DNA of 64,000 bases from an uncultured Bifidobacterium sp. (GTDB lineage: Bacteria; Verrucomicrobiota; Verrucomicrobiia; Limisphaerales; JADLHS01): contig CAZIJO010000002.1 in assembly GCA_964539515.1 (NCBI GenBank), positions 25,360 to 89,359 of the forward strand, read 5' to 3'. The notes beneath the pieces are model-generated. The model saw only the letters and a program-made list of their open reading frames with translations, was not told where the DNA came from and did not search any database. This document shows positions 61,501-64,000 of the stretch, one piece after another. The position numbers were made by a program, and so were the translations under genes. Numbering within the stretch: position 1 is the first letter of the stretch; each line of letters begins with the position of its first letter.

Positions 61501-62659
61501 CGAGTTTGCGCGCCTGGTCGGTGAGGCGGTCGGTCCAGCCGCTCCGCAAGATCCGGGCTTCCGCCCGCACTTGCTTCCAGTGGTCGTTGAGTTTTTGGGT
61601 GGTGCTGGCATGGACGGCCTGGAGGCGCGCAGTTTCCGCCTGAAAACTCGTGTCCGCCTTGTGGGCGCAAACCTCGGCCAGCTGCCGGGCCGCGTGCAGG
61701 GCAACCGCGGCAGCTTTTGCGTGGGGCGCCGCGAGGCGGCGGCCAAGAAGGTAAAGGATCCCAACGGCGGCCACGCCCGCCCCCACCAGGAGCCAGACGT
61801 TCACGGGCACGGCCGGAAAATCAAACCGGCGGAGTTCCGGCACGAAGACAAACGGCACAAGCAGAATCAACGGAAGACAGAGCCAGAGCCGGAAGAACCG
61901 GAAAAAGAGCGCCAACCCAAAAGCATGGCAAAGCGTCAGGGCCTGCCCGGCCTGGTCGCGATACGCGCGGAGCTGTTCCAAGAGCTGCGCCTCGGGCCGG
62001 GACGAATCGAAAGCGGGAGCGTCCGGCGGGCTGAGGATCAGTCGCACGTGCGCGCCGAAGCCGGCCAGGGTGGCGCGGGCGCGGGCGCCCAGGCGGTCAA
62101 GCGCCGCAACCTCGTCCGCAAGCTGATTGGTAAACGCCGCGTGGTGGGCCTGATTCTTCTGCGTCTCCGCCTCGTAAACCCGCTTCGCCTCCAGGATTCC
62201 GTCCTGGTTTTCCAGCGTGTGTTTGGCCTCCTCCCGTTCGATCTCGGCCACGCGTTGCTTCCGGGCATTCTCTGAAGCGCGCGCGATGCGCGTTTTGCGG
62301 GCGGCAAAGGAAGCTTCGACCCGAGCCCGATGGCCGGCCACGTCCGCCTCCGCCGCCGCTGATTCCGCCGCCCACCGAGCCTGTTCACTGGCCCGGGCCT
62401 GTTCGAACTGGGCCCGAAGTTTGTGGGACCGCGCGTTGAAATCACGCTCCAACTCGTCCGCCCGCCGGACGGCGTCGCCCACGCCTTGACGCAGGCGTTC
62501 CAGCAGGGCGAGCGTCTCGACCGTGCCCAGCAGCCTACTCGCAATCGGCGCGGATCTTGTTGAGGATTCGTTCAAGGGATTCAATGTTTGTGACCGCCTG
62601 GTTGACTGCGGAAAAAAGCTCGTCGAGAAAACGCTGCTCGAATTCCCGGCTCTTGGCAT
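58508..62659 (-). CDS. membrane-anchored FtsK/SpoIIIE-family ATPase with three P-loop-like domains (EssC/EccC-like)
   Basis: Walker A AGKTGSGKST (60119-60148). Walker B LLLIDEFQ (59810-59833). Two TM helices at about 61745-61945, preceded by an Ala/Arg/Glu-rich coiled coil. The flanking P-loop-like domains have degenerate Walker motifs. The start is uncertain: ATG 62659 overlaps the upstream gene by 125 nt, and in-frame GTG 62482 or a start near 62530 is possible. Confidence 0.85.
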   Translation of the reverse strand: MPRAGNSSSVFSTSFFPQSTRRSQTLNPLNESSTRSAPIASRLLGTVETLALLERLRQGVGDAVRRADELERDFNARSHKLRAQFEQARASEQARWAAESAAAEADVAGHRARVEASFAARKTRIARASENARKQRVAEIEREEAKHTLENQDGILEAKRVYEAETQKNQAHHAAFTNQLADEVAALDRLGARARATLAGFGAHVRLILSPPDAPAFDSSRPEAQLLEQLRAYRDQAGQALTLCHAFGLALFFRFFRLWLCLPLILLVPFVFVPELRRFDFPAVPVNVWLLVGAGVAAVGILYLLGRRLAAPHAKAAAVALHAARQLAEVCAHKADTSFQAETARLQAVHASTTQKLNDHWKQVRAEARILRSGWTDRLTDQARKLVLANEERRRLWLKTIDEQHAERMGRGHEMTLAALEKLETGFNDGLARLQATREVGRQAIEVDWQRAVLPTWSALQAAGTSADSVFPPWRAELWQAFSLPEEFSAAARYAGLTVDVEKLCEVSLQGRGFALPGATHFSVPLLLSVSRQASLLFETKQSGQQQIIGALNNLVLRLLTSSPPGRLSFTIFDPVGLGQNFAGIMHLADFEERLINSRIWTQTAQFEQRLADLNEHIEKVTQMYLRNEYETLAEYNAQAGRMAEKYQFLVIADFPANFSEVAVKRLHNIAASGPRCGVHLLIHWDQRKAAPTEFVPEELRKNSICIVPKGDGFAIGSCPAAEPPQARPAAPPGLPATGAERGGKAAGPGSSTWNGVQLVLDAPPDAALATQLLQQIGKDSTDSYRVEMPFAEVAPEDRELWTRETTTELRVAVGRTGATKLQYLLLGQGTRQHGLIAGKTGSGKSTLFHVLITNLALWCSPDQVEFYLVDFKKGVEFKCYATHKLPHARVIAIESDREFGLSVLQRVDDELKRRGDLFRKLGAQDIAGYKRAGGTEPIPRTLLLIDEFQELFVEDDRVSQGAALLLDRIVRQGRAFGIHVLLGSQTLGGAYSLARATIGQMVVRIALQCNEADAYLIMNEDNPAPRLLSRPGEAIYNDEGGALQGNSPFQVVWLPDEVRDEWLKKVSARSHRGHEAEMAGKPDRLLTSAATSREPIVFEGNAPASVRDNALLRAALDAKSVPAGTPPRVWLGAPNSIKGPTEAIFRRQSGNHLLIVGQREEAASGMLAVALVALAAQHPKAGARFLVFDCSAPDSAEARFLEQAVRTVPHEVKLVRAGEVDEVMAALAVEQQQRADDPGAVTPETYLLIHGLQRNKKLRFDEEMSFSLDAGAGGNPGLQLNKLICEGASLGFHVIANCDTYNNVMRFLSRKALSEFEMRVVFQMSANDSASLIDSPQANNLGLHRAILFNGQEGWLETFRPYALPDNAWLEEVRLSLLPRTV

Positions 62660-62741
62660 CGCTCCACGATTGTTTCGTGTTGGCCCATTCGGCGGCCAGT
62701 TCCTTCGTCAAACCCAGCAGGCGATTCTGACTGGCGCTCAT
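62535..62741 (-). CDS. small helical WXG100-like protein (68 aa, W-S-D turn)
   Basis: MSASQNRLLGLTKELAAEWANTKQSWSDAKSREFEQRFLDELFSAVNQAVTNIESLERILNKIRADCE. The ATG at 62741 overlaps the upstream stop (ATGA). Trp codon at 62664-62666. Confidence 0.7.
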   Translation of the reverse strand: MSASQNRLLGLTKELAAEWANTKQSWSDAKSREFEQRFLDELFSAVNQAVTNIESLERILNKIRADCE

Positions 62742-63298
62742 GACGATGCCCCCTCTTCCGGGGCCGCCGTTGGGGCGGGCGCGGGTTCGCCGGACGCCGG
62801 CGGCAGGTTGGCCGGTGGACGGGCCGGCGACAACTCGGCGTACTCGCTGAGGGTTTTGGTCATTGTGTTCAACCACGCCACGGCCTGGCCGAGATCGTGA
62901 CCCAGCGTGTGCCGGAGTTTCTCCACCTGGCGGCCCAGCGGTTCCACCTGCTGATCAAACTGCCGATGCCAGTGCCGGGTTGTTTTGAGTTTCTCCTCGG
63001 CCTGGTGAATCGCCCGGCGGGCCTTCTGCACGGCGGCCTGCTGGGCATACGAGGAGTCGCGCAAACCCGAAAGCTGGGCGCTAAACAGCTCCTGCTGGCG
63101 CTGCTCCAGTTCCCGGGTGAGACGGCGGATTTGATTTTGCCAGTGGGCGGGCCGCTCGGACTGCAACCACAGCCGGGTACGCGTCACGTCGTCGTTGACC
63201 TCGTCAAGCACCCGGCCGGCTTTGTCACGGTAAATGATAAGTTTCGCCCGAAAGTCTTCAATGACCTCGAGTGAAGTGACGCGCGCGCGGTCGGGCAT
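62738..63298 (-). CDS. coiled-coil protein with Pro/Ala-rich C-terminal tail (186 aa)
   Basis: The ATG at 63298 gives MPDRARVTSLEVIEDFRAKLIIYRDKAGRVLDEV... The upstream part of track ORF 62738-63454 runs through the repeat spacer. Heptad-like helical sequence, ending ARPPANLPPASGEPAPAPTAAPEEGASS. Confidence 0.7.
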   Translation of the reverse strand: MPDRARVTSLEVIEDFRAKLIIYRDKAGRVLDEVNDDVTRTRLWLQSERPAHWQNQIRRLTRELEQRQQELFSAQLSGLRDSSYAQQAAVQKARRAIHQAEEKLKTTRHWHRQFDQQVEPLGRQVEKLRHTLGHDLGQAVAWLNTMTKTLSEYAELSPARPPANLPPASGEPAPAPTAAPEEGASS

Positions 63299-63404
63299 AT
63301 CAAAAAACTCCAAACCCCAAAATCCAAACACCAAAGAAAGACCAAGATTCAAGTTCCCAAGCGGGCCAAACGGAGCGCCGCCCTTGAACCGCGCACGGCG
63401 CGCT

Positions 63405-63432
63405 GGTGTTTGGTGTTTGGTGTTTGGTGTTT
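63405..63432. repeat. four perfect tandem copies of GGTGTTT, inverted relative to the degenerate CCAAANN array at 63309-63336
   Basis: Read directly from the sequence. CCAAACACCAAA (63324-63335) is the exact reverse complement of TTTGGTGTTTGG within the array. Confidence 0.9.
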
Positions 63433-63450
63433 CGGCCCATGCGTGGGGAT

Positions 63451-63723
63451 TCAATGTTGATCCAGATATTCCTCAATGCGTTGGGCCTTGCGCAGCAGGA
63501 AGGGCGTGTGCTGGTTGGAACTTTCGATGAACTTTTTCAGCACCTTCATCGTGTCGCGAAATTCCTCCGAGAACTTGGCGTGTTCCTGATCCTGCCAGGT
63601 ATCCCCCAGCGCCGAAAACCGGGCCTGCAGGAGCGACATCCGGTTTTGCAATTCGACATTGAATCGCTTGAGTTCTTCCGCAAAGCGCCGGACTTCGCCG
63701 GGATCCATGACGGCCTGTGGCAT
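63451..63723 (-). CDS. small helical WXG100-like protein (90 aa, W-Q-D turn)
   Basis: MPQAVMDPGEVRRFAEELKRFNVELQNRMSLLQARFSALGDTWQDQEHAKFSEEFRDTMKVLKKFIESSNQHTPFLLRKAQRIEEYLDQH. GAGGAA lies 8 nt upstream of the ATG. W-Q-D at 63589-63597. Confidence 0.75.
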   Translation of the reverse strand: MPQAVMDPGEVRRFAEELKRFNVELQNRMSLLQARFSALGDTWQDQEHAKFSEEFRDTMKVLKKFIESSNQHTPFLLRKAQRIEEYLDQH

Positions 63724-63875
63724 GTACGTTCCTCGTGTTCAGGTTTTTTCTGAGGCAAAGCTAACAGAGGCGGCGCGCAGCTTCCAATCGGAATTCCGCC
63801 CAGGCGAATCGGTCCCGCGGCGCCCGAGCCAGCCGCTTCGAGGCGGCGCCAAGGGAATTCGGCGCCCGAACCGGA

Positions 63876-64000
63876 CTAGGCCGGGGAAGATTTGGCGGGC
63901 GGCAGGATTTCGACGACCTCCGACAGCGGGCGGCCCTGGAGATCGGAGATCAGGGCTTTGCGGCCATAAAGGACTGCCGGGGCGGTGAGTTCAAACTTCT
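63876..64000 (-). CDS. C-terminal end of an unidentified protein (gene runs off the right edge)
   Basis: Manual translation of the minus strand: ..KFELTAPAVLYGRKALISDLQGRPLSEVVEILPPAKSSPA, then TAG at 63876-63878. Confidence 0.45.
   Translation of the reverse strand, partial: KFELTAPAVLYGRKALISDLQGRPLSEVVEILPPAKSSPA

Noticed and set aside
62530-62659. First ~42 codons of the ATPase ORF (MPRAGNSSSVFSTSFFPQSTRRSQ...).
   Set aside because: This stretch is low-complexity and fully overlaps the 68-aa WXG-like gene in another frame, so it is probably not translated. It is kept inside the feature only because the true start cannot be fixed by eye.
58508-62659. Interpretation as the housekeeping cell-division translocase FtsK.
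   Set aside because: It has no four-TM N-terminal domain, no C-terminal gamma (KOPS-binding winged-helix) region and three tandem P-loop-like domains instead of one. It is embedded between small WXG-like genes rather than in a division or recombination context.

Overview
This is a high-GC window that is almost fully coding, with about 50 CDS. I recognised no rRNA, tRNA, CRISPR array, transposase or integrase. Gene content points to a diderm member of the PVC superphylum, probably Verrucomicrobiota; this is inference only. The supporting content is two DUF1559/H-X9-DG pilin-like proteins, a PEP-CTERM tail, Tat-signal Gfo/Idh/MocA oxidoreductases, PL1 pectate lyases with thrombospondin-type-3-like tails, and many ECF sigma factors.

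Housekeeping genes are clear: sdhCAB (single-cytochrome-b type), argS, purH, proB, mazG, ptsN-like, an Hsp70 and DUF1015. Accessory blocks are listed below.
- 0.7-12.9 kb: a pectin/polysaccharide degradation block with two PL1 paralogs flanking a huge PD40-repeat protein and a pilin-like gene.
- 15.7-20.7 kb: an ECF sigma/anti-sigma pair divergent from a beta-propeller plus di-haem peroxidase fusion.
- 30.1-35.9 kb: a Wza/Wzc/OM-barrel/FHA exopolysaccharide export block.
- 40.3-43.1 kb: two tandem membrane-tethered sigma-factor fusion paralogs.
- 51.4-54.4 kb: a PadR regulator plus a polytopic VIT-vWA protein ending in PEP-CTERM.

The most interesting locus is 57.8-63.7 kb on the minus strand. 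It is a compact, translationally coupled operon with these parts:
- two small WXG100-like helical proteins whose turn motif is W-x-D rather than W-x-G;
- a coiled-coil protein;
- a 1383-aa membrane-anchored FtsK/SpoIIIE-type ATPase with three P-loop-like domains, of which only the middle one is intact;
- an AT-richer membrane-anchored protein.

This is a minimal type-VII-secretion-like system in a likely double-membrane host, and no other canonical T7SS component is recognisable. All calls come from reading the translations and the DNA by eye. No database search was run.
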